In this document: one piece after another, positions 47,927 through 61,110 of the stretch
Layout of the letters: every line of letters starts with the position of its first letter
Numbering within the stretch: the stretch's first letter is position 1
Assembly (NCBI RefSeq): GCF_004010195.1
Contig: NC_057754.1
Location: 7,912,747 to 7,976,746, forward strand
DNA length: 64,000 nucleotides
DNA from: Chiloscyllium plagiosum
Lineage: Eukaryota
Reading direction: 5' to 3'
The notes under the pieces: generated by a model
What the model was told of the DNA's origin: nothing
Database searches by the model: none
What the model saw: only the letters and a program-made list of their open reading frames with translations
Program-made: the position numbers and the translations under genes

Positions 47927-49760
47927 ATAGAACAGTACAGCACAGTACAGGCCCTTTGGCCCAATTTACCACTGTCCATGTACTTGTCCAGCAGTTGCTT
48001 AAATGTCCCTAATGTCTCTGACTCTACTACCACCCATGGGCAGTGCATTCCACACACCCACCACTCTCTACGTAAAGAACCTACGTCTGACATCTCCCCT
48101 AATCACCTTCAAATTATGACCTCTCGTGACAGCCGTTTCTGCCCTGGGGAAAGGCCTCTGGCGATCTACTCCATGTATGACTCCCATTACCTTGTATACT
48201 TCTATCAAGTCACCTCTCTTCCTCCTTCTCTCCAGTGTGAAAAGCCTGAGCTCACTCAACCTCTCCTCATAAGAAATGCCCTCCTATCTTGGTAAATCTC
48301 CTCTGCACCCTCTCTAAAGCATTTACATCCTTTCTATACTGAAGCGACAAGAACTGGACACAATATTCCACGTGTGGTCTAACCAGGGTTTTATAGAGCT
48401 GCAGCAAAACCTCATGGCTCTTAAACTCAATCCCCCTGTAAATGAAAGCCAAAACACCATATGCCTTCTGAACAACCCTATCTACTAGGGTGGCAACTTT
48501 GAGGGATCTATGTATGTGGACCTCAAGATCCCGCTGTTCTGCTTCATTGCCAAGAATCCTGTCTTTAACTTTGTATTCAGCATTTAAATTCGACCTTCCA
48601 AAATGAATCACTTCGCATTTATCCAGGTTGACCTCCACCTATGACTTCTCAGCCCAGCTCTGCATCCTGTCAATGTCTTGTTGTAGTCTGCAACAGCCCT
48701 GAACCCTATCTACAACACCACTGGATGTGTCATCGGCAAACTTACTAACCCACCCTTCCACTTCTTCAAAGTCATTTATAAATACTACAAAGAGCAGAGG
48801 CCCAAAAACAGATCCATGTGGGATACCACTGGTCACCGACCTCCAGGTGGAATACTTTCCATCCACTCCCACTTGTTGTCTTCTTTTGGCCAGCCAATTT
48901 TGTATCCAGATAGCCACATTTCCCTGTATCCCATACCTTCTAACTTTCTGAATGAGCCTAGCGTGGGGAACCTTATCAAGTGCCTTATTGAAATCCATAT
49001 AAACCACATCCAGTGCTTGACTTTCATCAACTTGTCTTGTCACGTCCTCAAAGAACTCAATAAGGCTTGTGAGGCATAACCTGCCTCTCTCAAAGCCACG
49101 CTGACTATCTTTAATCAAACTTTGTTTTTTTCCAAATCCTGTCTCTCAGAATGCTTGCCAGTACCTTGCTTACCACAGATGTCAGACTGACTGCTCTGTA
49201 ATTCCCAGCAATTTCCCTATTCCCTTTCTTGAACAGAGAAACAATATTCGCCTCCTTCCAATCGTCCCGTACGATTCCACGGAGAGTAGGGATGCAAAGA
49301 TCATCACCAGAGGCGCAGCAATCTCATTCCTCGCTTCCCGTATTAACCTTGGCTATATCTGGTCTGGCCCTGGGGACTTATCTATCTTGATGCTTCACAG
49401 AATTTTCAGCACATCCAGTTTCTTAATATCAATCTGTTCAAGCCTTTTCACCTGGTCCACGGTGTTCTCACTCTCAACAACGTCCCTCTCTCGAGTGAAT
49501 ACCAAAGCAAAAAACTCATTTAGGGCCTTCCATACCTCTTCAGACTCCAGGCCCAAGTTTCCTCCACTATCCCTGATTGGCCCTACCCTCTCTTATTCCT
49601 CATGCTTTTGGGTTTTCCCATCTCCTTCCCTCCAAGGCTTTTTTGTGCGCCCTCCTCACTCTACTCAGTCCATTTTTGAGTTCTTTCCTAACGACATTGT
49701 AATGCTCTAAAGCTGTGCCAGCTCCTTGCTTCCTCAGCCTTTAGTAAGCTTCCTGTTGAT
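47927..49760 (-). mobile_element. CR1-like LINE ORF2 with RT domain (disrupted)
   Basis: DVVYMDFNKALDKVPH...GIPHGSVFGPLLFVVFINDF...SKFADDT and LYKTLVRPHVEYCVQF, with stops and frameshifts. Confidence 0.93.
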
Positions 49761-50632
49761 GAAAATGTAGGAATATTGGAGTTAGAAGCACCGAGAGGTG
49801 ATTTGAACTATGAAGCGTTCTCTGACATTCAGTGAGATCGTGGTTAGTCTGGCTGTGGTGTCTGCTCCACTTCCCGGTCTGTCCCAACCCCATGACCTTT
49901 CAAAACAGAAAACCCATCTGGTTCACTAATGTCCCTTTAGGGGAGGAAATCCGTCGACCTTACCAAGTCTGGGCCTACACGTGACTCCAGATCCACAGCA
50001 ATGTGGTTGACTCTGCATTGTCCTCTGAAATTGCCTAACCAGCCAATCGGGCAGTCAGGGATGGGCAGCCAGTGCTGCCCCTGACAAAGTTCTATCTTTC
50101 TTACTTTTTCCCTCTTTTTATCTTTTTCTCTCTCTCTCTCTCTATATTTGTTGCCCAATCCCAACTGAGGGCTCACTGGGCCATTTCAGAGGGCGCTTCA
50201 GAATCGGTGAGGAGGAGAAAAGTGGAAATGGGACTGAGTGGGTATACCTGAGGAGCTTGCGTTGTGTCGGATAGCCTTTCTCAATGGCGAAGGAGAGCAA
50301 GTGGAGAGGTGACGGCACAGTGTTAAATCACTGAGCTAAGTTTTTTTTTCCTTTATTGTTTATTGAAATTGTTTGTTTGTTTTCTGGCTTTTCTTTTCCT
50401 TTTTGCTTATTTGAAGCTGTGTTCAGCTGCACAGGCAGCTTATACTATCGCTGCTGCTGCTACAGCCTGGGCCTGCTCCCACTACTGGAGCCTGGACCTT
50501 GTCTGCACTGCTGCTGCTGCCTGGGCCTACTACACCTGGGCCCCACCCGCACCCAGGCCTGCTTCCACTGCTGTTGCCTGGGGCCCTTCCCCACTGCCAC
50601 TGCCAGACCCCACCTATACTCAGGCTTTTTTT

Positions 50633-50932
50633 TTAGATTCCCTACAGTGTGGGAAACAGGCCTTTCAGCCCAACCAGTCCTCACTAACCATCCGAAGAGT
50701 AACCCAGACCCATTTCCCCTCTGACTAATGCACCTAACACTACGGGCAATTTAGCATGGCCGATCCACCCTAACCTGCACATCTTTGGATTGTGGGAGGA
50801 AACCGGAGCACCCGGAGGAAACCCGCACAGACACTGGGAGAATGTGCGAACTCCACACAGACAGTCGCCCGAGGCTGGATTTGAACCTGGGACCCTAGCA
50901 GCAGTGCTAACCACTGAGCCACCATGCTGCCC
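50633..50932 (-). mobile_element. HE1/V-SINE-like SINE
   Basis: Reverse-complement head, core and tail. Confidence 0.9.
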
Positions 50933-52102
50933 TTACCTCCACTGCTGCTGACTGAGCTCCACCCGAAAAAAAAATTAAAATCACTGAGATTGTAATCCAG
51001 GCTGATCCTCTGTTGGTGCAAGTTCGAAACCTATCACGGTAGAATTTAAATTCAGTCAAAACCCGGAATTGATAGGTGGTCACAGTGATGGTGACTGTCG
51101 CAGACTCTGTTACAAACCCATTCTGGTTCACCACGGGAAATAGGTCAGGTCTGTAACCCACCACGACACAGCTAACTCCCAACAGCCTTTGGAAAAGGCC
51201 AAGTGAGGTTCACGGGGGAGTGGGCGAAGGGTGCTTGTGCCCATACCCCTAGAAGGAGTCAGTATTTAACACTAGCAAGGGAGGAGAGCGGTGATAAACT
51301 GAGAAGACAGCTATAAATGGTCAAGAAGCCAGGAGGAGCAAGCGAATCATGATGCAAATGGAGTTGTACTGGACAAAAGATGTTGGCTGTCAAATTATTT
51401 GTGTGTCAACTTGTCAAAAGGGGGAAAATAACTTGACCTGAATGACGAGTTTTTCTACATGTCTCTGTGCAGCTGTTGATGGTTCAGCAAGCGAGAATTT
51501 GAATACAGGAGGAAGCCAGGCTTCTACACAGTAATAAAAAGAGAGCCTATCTTTCAACATCAATATTAGCCTTTACATTGATGTGAATTGTTAATTTAGC
51601 CTCGGTGATTTATTTCCCCGTCTCAGTACATGTTTATTTGAAGGCCGTTGTTCACCCAGCATTTTGAGTACTTTTTTTATAACATGACAGGATGATTTAT
51701 CTTATCTCGGGTGACGTGCAGAAAAACGCCAACCTTTGACTGTCTTCAAAGTGATGGCGTTAGCGAGGAATCGTGTTCCCAGGAAATCTCCGTTTCCCTG
51801 AGCTGGGCCCTGGATTGACAGCGACACATGCCAAATCCTACAGAGGGATCAGAATTGACATGGGAGGCTGGGAGGTGGGGTCTGCGGATGGTTTGATCGT
51901 CAAGACACAAGAGGGACTGGGAAAAGCCGGAGGTGGTTACTCTGGGTAAAGTGGTGCCAATATGGATATCACCAACTGTTTGCAGGCTTTTGCTAACTGT
52001 CCAGAATAACGTAAATCATTTATCTGGAATACCACAAGGAAGGTAGAAGGTACAGGAACCAATGGCAGAGTTCCTTAGACGGCAAGGGAGACAGGAGTTC
52101 AA

Positions 52103-52395
52103 GGGCAGAACAGTGGCTCAGTGGTTAGCACTGCTGCCTCACAGCGCCAGGGACCTGGGTTCAATTCCAGCCTCGGGCGACTGTCTGTGTGGAGTTTGCT
52201 CGTTCTCCCCGTGTCTGCGTGGGTTTCCTCCCACAGTCCAGATTAGGTGGATTGGTTGTGGGAAATTGTGCGTAGTGCCCATGGATGTGCAAGAGAGGTG
52301 GATTAAAGGTGGTCAAGATGTGGTCTGGGTGGAAGGTTGGTGCAGATCTGATGGGCTGAACATTCTCTTTCTGCATTCTAGGGCTTTCGAGGATT
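52103..52395 (+). mobile_element. HE1/V-SINE-like SINE
   Basis: Head gggcagaacagtggctcagtggttagcactgctgcctcacagcgcc. Confidence 0.85.
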
Positions 52396-52489
52396 CTCAT
52401 TGTGAGGAAGGTTAATGATATAGTCAGGTGAATTCTTCAAGTGAGAACCAGGAAAAATGTATTAGGCTAGAGAGATGGGGGAACCACTC

Positions 52490-53180
52490 AGAATCAACAT
52501 CCTGGTGGTTCGGTTATTCTTGGACAGAAACTGAACATGGCTCAACCACATAAATGATGTGGCTACAAGAGCAGGCCAGAGGCTGGGAATACTGCAGCGA
52601 GTAACTCACCTCCTGACTCCCCAAAACCTGTCTGCGATCGACAAGGCACAAGTCAGGAGTGTGATTGAATACTCTCCATTTGCCCCTGGACAGAGGTGGG
52701 GGGGGGTGCTCCAACAATTTTCAAGGAGTTCGACACTGTCCAGGGCAAAGCAGCCCCTGCTTGATTGGCTCCACACCTACTCCCTCAGTAGCAGCAGTGT
52801 GCATCATCTACGTGACGCACTGCAGCAACTCCTCAGGCATCTTTTGCCAGCACCAGAGAATCTAGAAGGTACAGGGCAGCAGATCCATGGGAACACCACC
52901 CACTGCAAGATAACCTCCTTCCATTTCTCCACCCTGAGCCACTGACCATCCTGGCTTGAAAATAAATTGCTCTTTTTTCACCATTTCTGGTACTCCCTCT
53001 CTAACACATTTTTGGTACTCCCTCTCTAACAGCATTGTGGGTGTACCTACTCCACGTGGGCTGCAGTAACGCAGGAAAGGTGGCTCACCAGCTCCAGACA
53101 GTCATTTACCGACACGGGCGATAAATGTTGAGACTCGCCATCGATGCCCACATTCCGTGAACAAATTTATAAAGAAGAGG
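52490..53180 (+). mobile_element. L2/CR1-group LINE 3' fragment (same family as 25520-26330)
   Basis: ATRAGQRLGILQRVTHLLTPQNLSAIDKAQVRSVIEYSP. Confidence 0.75.
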
Positions 53181-53237
53181 AAAATAAGACCGGCAAGGAG
53201 AGGATATAAGAATTGAATGGCAGTCAATCGAAAAGGG

Positions 53238-53520
53238 TAGAGTGTGTGGTGCTGGAAAAGCACAGCCGGTCAGGCAGCGCCCGAGGAGCAGGCGTGTCCA
53301 CGTTTCGGGCAAAAGCCCATCATCAGGAATGAGGCTTGTGAGCCAAGGGGGGCCGAAAGATAAATGGGAGGGGGGCCTGGGGCTGGGGGATGGTAGCTGA
53401 GAGTGCGATAGATGGAGGTGGGGTAGAAGGTGATAGATCGGAGAGGAGGGTGGAGCAGATCGGTAGGAAAGACAGTGGACAGGTCATGAGGGCGGTGCCA
53501 AGTTGGTGGGCTGTGTCTGG
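53238..53520 (-). mobile_element. PLE pLTR fragment, family A
   Basis: Reverse complement attcctgatgatgggcttttgcccgaaacgtgg (H17 mutated to G), plus a purine-rich pLTR body similar to 7830-7933. Confidence 0.8.
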
Positions 53521-54299
53521 GGTAAGCCCTCACTTTCTCCCAATATAAAAGGGAACTCATAGTAAAGTTAGGGTCGTCCTGTTGGGGATGAAGAAGGTGA
53601 GATCGGATTAAAGGATCTAGCCAGAACGCTTACAAAAAAAAACAAAGTCCTATGGATGCTTAAAATATGAAATGAGAGCAAAACTGCTGACAATTCTTGG
53701 GGGTACCTGTATCTACTAAACCTTGCTGAGAGTGCCAGAGGATTCTTGGGTGTCACACGCTTCCTCACATGGAGGATGTAGGGTCAGCCCGAACAGCCGT
53801 GGTTTATCATCAACAGTTGATAAGCTTCGAGAAACAATAACCAGGAAAAAGAAATCAGTAGGAAATTGGAGAAGCTTGAGTTAATTAAAGAGACCCAGCC
53901 TGGGTTTGACTAATCCAATTGACTTTTTGTGTTGTTAATGAACTAACATTGAAGGTTGATGAATGACATCTGGCAGATGTTGTCTACGTGGATTTTAAGG
54001 AAGTTTTTGACCAAGTACCACGTAAAATGTTGGTTAACATAAGTGGAGCATACGCGATAAGAGGGTCAGTGTGCAATTTGATTAAAAATTTGTTTTAAGG
54101 GCTTTTAACAAATGAGTGACCCCCCCCCCCCCCCCCCACCACCCCCGTGCGAAATAGTTTTCAAGCTGGAGGATGGGAGATGCCCCACGCAGTGGGTACA
54201 AGTGGCTGCTGTTTCCAGGTTTAACTCTGAGATCACGTGACTGTAGTGAACCATGTTATTCCAAGAGGCAGGCATCCACAAATGCATTTCTCCAAATAT

Positions 54300-55565
54300 T
54301 TGCTCTTGTCGTCAAACAAATTGCAGGCGCTATCGTTTTCAGCTACAGGTCACCTTCTGTGAAGGGAGTCTGTACAAAGGTCGACACATCTGTGTACCAT
54401 CTAGTCTTTCCTAGTTTATCGTGAGTCAGGAGCAACCCTTTAGCTAACTTCGCTTGGCTTTTCTTAGAAGCACTGCTCTGGTTAGTGCTGTCCTTGATTG
54501 CACTGCCCATATTTGGCCAATAGGCTGCACCTCTTGACTTACTCAGGCGAGACTCAATCCCTTGACACCTTGCATGGATGGATTTTAACAGCTTTAGACC
54601 ATAAGATTTTGGAGCAGAATGCGGCCATTCGGCTTGTTGAGTCTGCTGCTCCATTCGATTATGGCTGATATGTTTCTCAGACTTATTCTCCTGCCTTCTC
54701 CCTGTAACCCATGATCCCCTTACTAATCAAGATCCTGTCTGTCTCAAAGACACTCAATGAGTTGGCCTTGCAGCCTTCCACAGCCACGTGTTCCACAGAT
54801 TCACCACCCTCTGGCTGAAGAAATTTCTCCTCACCTCAGTTTGTCCCTTCACTCTGAGGCTGTGCCCTCAGGTCCTGCTCTCTCCTAGTGGTGGAAACAT
54901 TCTTCTCCATGTCCACTTTATCCAGACCTCTCAGTATTCTGCAAGTTTCAATGAGATTCCTTCTAAACTCCATAGAGTACAGACCCAGAGTGCTGAACTG
55001 CACCTCATATGACAAGCTCTTCTTCCCTGGGATATCGTCTGGTCCCTCTCCTTCCTGGACCACATCCACCCTTGTATACAGGACCCAAAACTGCTCACAG
55101 TGTGCACACAGAATTAACCCCATAGGCCTAATGACTCGCACCTTTGCTCAGATGCCCTCCTGGAGGGCAACCACTTTCTCTCAGAGGAATGGCTAAGTCC
55201 TTGATGGTTTCAGGCCCATTTCTCACCCCTACTTCCTGTGGCACTCAGCGGGTTACACCTCATTGACGGTTGGCTTGACCTGAACAAGCCACTTCCTGTC
55301 AGATATGCCGTGGCTGCCAAGTTGATCACCAGGCCATGCCATTGCATTTGGTTGGATTTGGAAGATTTCATACTCTGTATCGGCACTCGTTTCAGAGAGA
55401 ATGCTGCTTTGCACAGTCTCTTGCCAAAGTATTTCTGTCTTCCTTGCGTTGCACCTCATCTCCACGTGATAGCTCTGCAAACAAAATATTGCCCTTTACA
55501 GGCGCTTTGGAGCAGTTGCAGAAAGACATTTTGAAGTGATTTGTGGTCACACCGCTCTGGCACTG
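54300..55565 (-). mobile_element. Gypsy-type LTR retrotransposon pol remnant (RNase H end to integrase zinc finger), split by a CR1 fragment at ~54595-55100
   Basis: CDHKSLQNVFL (DHKPL-like), then LLKSIHARCQGIESRLSKSRGAAYWPNMGSAIKDSTNQSSAS (degenerate H-H-C-C/YWP integrase zinc-binding region). Confidence 0.72.
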
Positions 55566-55623
55566 TCTGTCTTCCAAGGAACTGCCAATTAAAGTGCTCA
55601 CAACCAAGGAAGGTAGATTCATA

Positions 55624-55970
55624 CAAAACAGAAACAGACCCTTCAGTCCAACTCGTCCACTGAACCAGTCCCACTTAGACCCTTCAGTCCAACTCGTCCA
55701 CTGAACCAGTCCCACTTGCCTACTTTTGGCCCATATCCCTCAAAACAGAAACAGACCCTTCAGTCCAACTCGTCCACTGAACCAGTCCCACTTGCCTGTG
55801 TTTGGCCCATATCCCTCAAAACAGAAACAGACCCATCAGTCCAACTCGTCCACTGAACCAGTCCCACTTGCCTGCTTTTGGCCCATATCCCTCAAAACAG
55901 AAACAGACCCTTCAGTCCAACTCGTCCACTGAACCAGTCCCACTTGCCTGTGTTTGGCCCATATCCCTCT
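55624..55970. repeat. 76-bp tandem repeat made from a CR1/HER1 3' end (about 4.5 copies); the LINE continues to ~56370 on the minus strand
   Basis: caaaacagaaacagaccc... at 55741, 55817 and 55893. Confidence 0.88.
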
Positions 55971-56960
55971 AAACCCTTCCTATTCTTGTACCTGTCCAGA
56001 TGTCATTAAAATGTTGTAATTGTACCGGCCTCCACCCCTTCCTCTGGCAGCTCATTGCATACACGCACCACCCTCTGTGCGGAAAACATTGCCCCTCAGC
56101 TCCCATTTAAATCTTTTCCCTCTCAGCTCCAACCTATGCCCTCGAGTTTTGGACTCCCACACCCTGGGTAGGAGACCTTGGCTATTCACCTTGTCGATGC
56201 CCATCGTGATTTTGTGAACCTCTGTAAGGGTACCCCGCAGCCTCCTACACTCCAGGGGGAAAAAAGTCCCGGCCTATTCAGCCTCTCCTTTTCACTCAAG
56301 CCCTCCAGTCTCTGGAGCGTCCTTGTAAGTGCGTTTTTGCACCCTTTCCAGTTTAATGACCTCCTCCTTGCAGTGAAGTGCGAGCAGAATACTCAGATGC
56401 TACTTCTCAGACGTGTGTGTAACACCATTCTGTGTGCAGTGATGCTGTAGGAGCGAATGCAACTGATGCTCCATCTCTGTGTGAGAACTACTCCAAGTAG
56501 TGGTGGCATCATGCTGTCAGATGACTTCACTGTAGGCACCATATATGTGGTACCGCGGGGCTAGCATTGTCATCACCCCTGTTGTGTCTGTCACAAGGAG
56601 GAAGTCCTTACCCAGCCTGGTCTTTGCGTGACTCTTAGACCTCACAGTGGCAGTGATTGACTCTTCACTGGCCTCTGGAATGGGTGAGCAAGTCGCTCAG
56701 TTCAAAGGGCAATGATCCAGTGACCACCAACATGGGAAAAGGGAAAAAAGAACACACCTTCATCTACCCCAGGAATGTTTCGTCTGTGACAAACACGGCA
56801 AAACCAACCCGCACTTCACCGTCCGAGATGGCTGGTCATGGTTGGGGGGGGTGTCGTGGCTTCATTGGTGCCCAGAGCAGGACACTACAGCGAGGAACCT
56901 AACGTGCAACTGTCAGTGCCCAGCACGGGCTCAGATGGTAGCAGCAAGATGATGCATGGT

Positions 56961-57315
56961 GGTGAAGGAGGTCGTGACAGTGCGGTCGTGTAAAACGGTG
57001 AAGGAGGGTGACAGTGAGGTGGTGTCTAACGGTGAAGGATGGTGACAGTGAGGTGAATGTCTAACGGTGAAGGAGGGTAACAGTGAGGTGGTGTCTAACG
57101 GTGAAGGATGGTGACAGTGAGGTGGTGTCTAACGGTGAAGGATGGTGACAGTGAGGTGGTGTCTAACGGTGAAGGGTGGTGACAGTGAGGTGGTGTCTAA
57201 CGGTGAAGGATGGTGACAGTGAGGTGGTGTCTAACGGTGAAGGAGGGTGACAGTGAGGTGGTGTCTAACGGTGAAGGATGGTGACAGTGAGGTGGTGTCT
57301 AACGGTGAAGGATGG
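56961..57315. repeat. 34-bp minisatellite, about 10 copies
   Basis: Unit ggtgacagtgaggtggtgtctaacggtgaaggat. Confidence 0.93.
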
Positions 57316-58199
57316 GGCAGCAGTGATTGTTTGCAAAGAATGTTGGCCGCGGCAGTCAGGGCCACGTCAGTGCCTGTTGCAGTGAAGTCTGGTGTGCCCG
57401 ATTGAAGTGAGCAGTGGCAGTTGGCAGCGAAGGCAGCTGGCGAGAATGCCAGGGCTTAGCCCAGCGTGGGAAAGCATGCTCAGTGCAACAGAGCGCGAGA
57501 CCCCTTCGGGAAAGTCCAGCTTGGGGCGTCTGCAGGCCCCTGGCTTTTGAAAGGACTGTCATGTTTGACTTTATAACTCTATTTCCTTATTGTTCTGCTT
57601 CTGTAAGATATTGTCCCTAAGATTTGGCGACATCATCCACTTTTCACTGTAGTCTCGTACCCCACAAATCTAAAAAGGAAATCCCTCCAGTCCACTGTCA
57701 GAGGTGCAATCTACCCCTTTCCTTTGAAGTATCACATCCCTGTTGGTCGCTAGTTTACTTACATGGGTTCTGAGTCTCGTTAACGCGGTGGTGTTTGGGC
57801 TCTGGGGTCGCTTCGTCAGTTTGGTTGTTTTGCTTCACGTTCGAAATTATAAGCACGTACGTAAAAACCCAAACCTATAGACTCTCGCTTGTTATCTCCC
57901 CCACCTTCTGTGGGAGAGGGAGTAACGCTCCGATCTGTATCAGGATTATGCACATTCTGCTGGGCTGTTTGAACGTGAGATCTATCACATTATCCTTCCA
58001 GAAATAAAATGGTGCTTGCAGAACATGTCTGGATGTTCTGTATCATTGACTGCTATGTGTGCTGGCACATTGGTTTTACTGCTTTCAGGGGCATCTCTGA
58101 AATCGGGCATATTATTTTTATACCTATTTATCGTTAGAGTTAGAATTAAGTTAATTTCTTCCCGTCTGACTGTGATTTTGGATTTACAGGCAACTAGTG

Positions 58200-58845
58200 A
58201 AGCGGACTGAGAGTAGGAGAGAGAGAGAGAGAGAGACAGATGTTGACAGACCAAGAGAGAGTGAATGAGAGACAAAGACAATGGGTGAGTGCGGGACAGA
58301 CAGAGAAGTGAGGCAGAAATGGAGAGAGATAGGCAGAAAGATAGGCTGAGAGAGTGGGAGAGAGAGAAGGAGAGCTGGAAAAAGAGAGAGAGAGAGAGAG
58401 GGGGGGGAGACAGCGAACGACACACACACTGGGAGAGAATGAGAGAGGCGGACAGAAAAAAGGACAGGGGAAAACAGACAGACAGTGATAAGCAGATCGG
58501 GAGAGGACAAGAGAGAGGCAGACAGAGAAAAGGAGAGGGGAAGACAGATGAAGGTGCAGAGGGTAGGTGAGATGGGAAACCTTTTAGAATGTACATGAAT
58601 GTTGTGACATTTCAACTAACATTCAACATCGTGGGCCTGTTCTGGGAAGTGGGAATAGTGTAGATTTACAGTAGATCTTCGTCAGCACAGACTCAGTGGG
58701 CCAAAGGACTTCTTCTGTACTGTATACTTCGATGAGACAGACGGAGAGAGGTGGACCAAGAGCAAAACAGAGACAGACAGAATATAAAGGAGAGAGGGAG
58801 AGAGAGAGGAACAGACGGAGAGAGTTAAATAAAGAGACAGGGCTG
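58200..58845. repeat. Purine-rich (GA/GACA) low-complexity tracts
   Basis: Imperfect (ga)n/(gaca)n at ~58200-58570 and ~58730-58845. Confidence 0.85.
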
Positions 58846-59636
58846 GAAAGCAGCTATGTTGCAGGAACAGGTTGCAGAAAAAGACTTGCATTTATGTAGC
58901 ACCCTTCACAGCTGCAGGACTGCCCAGAGGTATTTGGCTTTCAAAGTCTCCGCTGGAATCTTGTACTCCCTGAGGGTGTCATAGAAAGTAAAAACCCACT
59001 CCCACCCGTTTGTGATCCTGAGACTCCCAAGGGGTCTCGTTCCAACACTAGCCATTGCCTCCGGTACAGGGCAGCCACCACTTCACCTCGGGGTCTCGAT
59101 TTGATGGAGTGGGGTCAGGCAAGGAGCGCCGCCCCTGCCAAATCAGCGAACAGTTCAGCTGGACATTCACTGGAAGAGGCTACGCGAGTGCCCCCTTCCC
59201 CCAACCCCTTTCCCACCCACATCTGCTCCCCCTATAGTCACATAGGAATGCAGGTGTGGCAGCCCAGCAAGGTGGCAGAAACGGCACTCGTTATGGCACA
59301 AGTGGTCTGTTCCAGTCATCTTAGTTGTAAAGTATCAGCTATTACCTTTCCCTCATCTCTGTCCTACCTGGGCGGCCCCTTACTCTGAGATGATGACCTC
59401 TGGGCATAGATGCTCCCAAAAGGGGGAAGAGCCTCTGCACGTCTACCCCGCCCAGTCCCTGAAGAATCTTGCATGTTTCAAGAAGGCTGCTGAGTCTAAT
59501 TCTTACAAATTTCAAGTAAACATGTTCTCAACCTCAAGTCGTAAATATAAAAGACCGTGAAAGAGTCAGTGCAGGCCAGTCAGCCCATCGAGTCCACACT
59601 CTGCCATTCAGTTTGATCATGGCTGATCTGATAACC

Positions 59637-59832
59637 CTCCACTCCATCTTGCCTATCCCCCATAATCCTCCACTCCTTCTTGCCTATACCCCATAATCCT
59701 TCGGTCCTTCTTGCCTATCCCCCATAATGCTCCACTCCTTCTTGTCTATCCCCCGTAATCCTCCACTCCTTCTTGCCTATCCCCATAATCCTTCAGTCCT
59801 TCTTGCCTATCCCCCATAATCCTCCAGTCCTT
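59637..59832. repeat. ~31-bp tandem repeat (about 6 copies) inside a LINE 3' end
   Basis: Unit ctccactccttcttgcctatcccccataatc. Confidence 0.85.
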
Positions 59833-60407
59833 ACCTGATTAAAAGTCTATCTCAACCTCGCATGTACTTAATCATCCAGTTCTGATTGCCTTTTGTGATA
59901 AAGAATTCCACAGATTCACGAGCCCCTGAGAGAAGAAATTCTTCTTTATTTCAGTCCTAATTGGACTGAGATGATACCCTCTGGTCCTTGACTCTCCCAC
60001 AAGCCCCTTGATATCCATTCTGTGAAGTCTGCTGGGAATGTTGCATGCTTCAGTAAGGTCGCCCCCTCATTCCTCGAAATACCTAATGAGTACAGGTCCA
60101 ACCTACTCAACCGCTCCTTGTAAGACCCAGGATCAGCCTAGTGAAGTGTGAATGGTGCCCAATGAGCCATGTCATGTCTGACAGCAGATTGGATCCTTGG
60201 ATGGATCATCTTCGTGTTCAGAAGATGACAGAATGAAAGACAGTGAACGTAGCTTTAATCCTTAATGGCCAAAGAGATTTATTCAACAGGAAAGAACAAT
60301 AACAGCTGTCAGAGAGTACTTGAAAAGTAGTCGCTCAGTTTTGCAAGATGAGGTGATGGCAAGGGGAAATTGCAGGGAGGCAGGGTGGAAAGACAGGCTG
60401 ATGATAT

Positions 60408-61110
60408 AGAGTCAGACAGCACGCAAACAGACCCATCAGTCCAACTCGTCCATACCCACCACGTTTCCTAAATTAATCTTGTCCCATTTGCCAGCATTTG
60501 GCCCATATCCCTCTAACCCATCCTATTCGTGTACCCATCCAGATGCCTTTTAAATGGTGTCATTGTACCAGCCTCCACCACTTCCTCTGGCAGCTCATTC
60601 CATATATGTACCACCCTCTGCATGACAAAGTTGCCCCTTAGGACCCTTTATATCTTTCTCCATCTCACCTTAAGCCTATGTCGTCTAGTTTTGGACTCAT
60701 CCACCCCAGGGAAAAAAACTTGGCTATTTACCCTATCCATGCCCCTCATGATTTTATAAGCCTCTATGAGGTCACCCCCTCAGCCTCCTACTGTCTGGGG
60801 TAAAAAGCATATAGAGTCTCTTCTTGCAAGGTTTGGTACTTCACACCTTCCAGACTTGGTAACAGCGTCATATATCCTTTTTGCACCCTTTCCAGTTGAA
60901 TAACATCCTTCCTGTAGCAAGGGACCAGAAATGTACTCCCACTGTGCCTCACCAATATCTTGTACAGTTATAACAAGACGTCCCAAATCCTGCACTCAGT
61001 GCACTAACCAATGAAGGCAAGCATGTCAAATGCTTTCTTCACCACCCAGTCTCCCTGTGACGCCACTTTCATCGAACTGTATACCTGCACCCCTCTGTCT
61101 GTTCAACAAC
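60408..61110 (-). mobile_element. CR1/HER1-like LINE 3' fragment
   Basis: Closely similar to 44208-44752 (ccagcctccaccacttcctctggcagctcattccat). Confidence 0.87.

Noticed and set aside
57985..58615. Ser/Leu-rich and Arg/Glu-rich ORFs (also 39361-39999)
   Set aside because: Translations of GA/CT low-complexity tracts.
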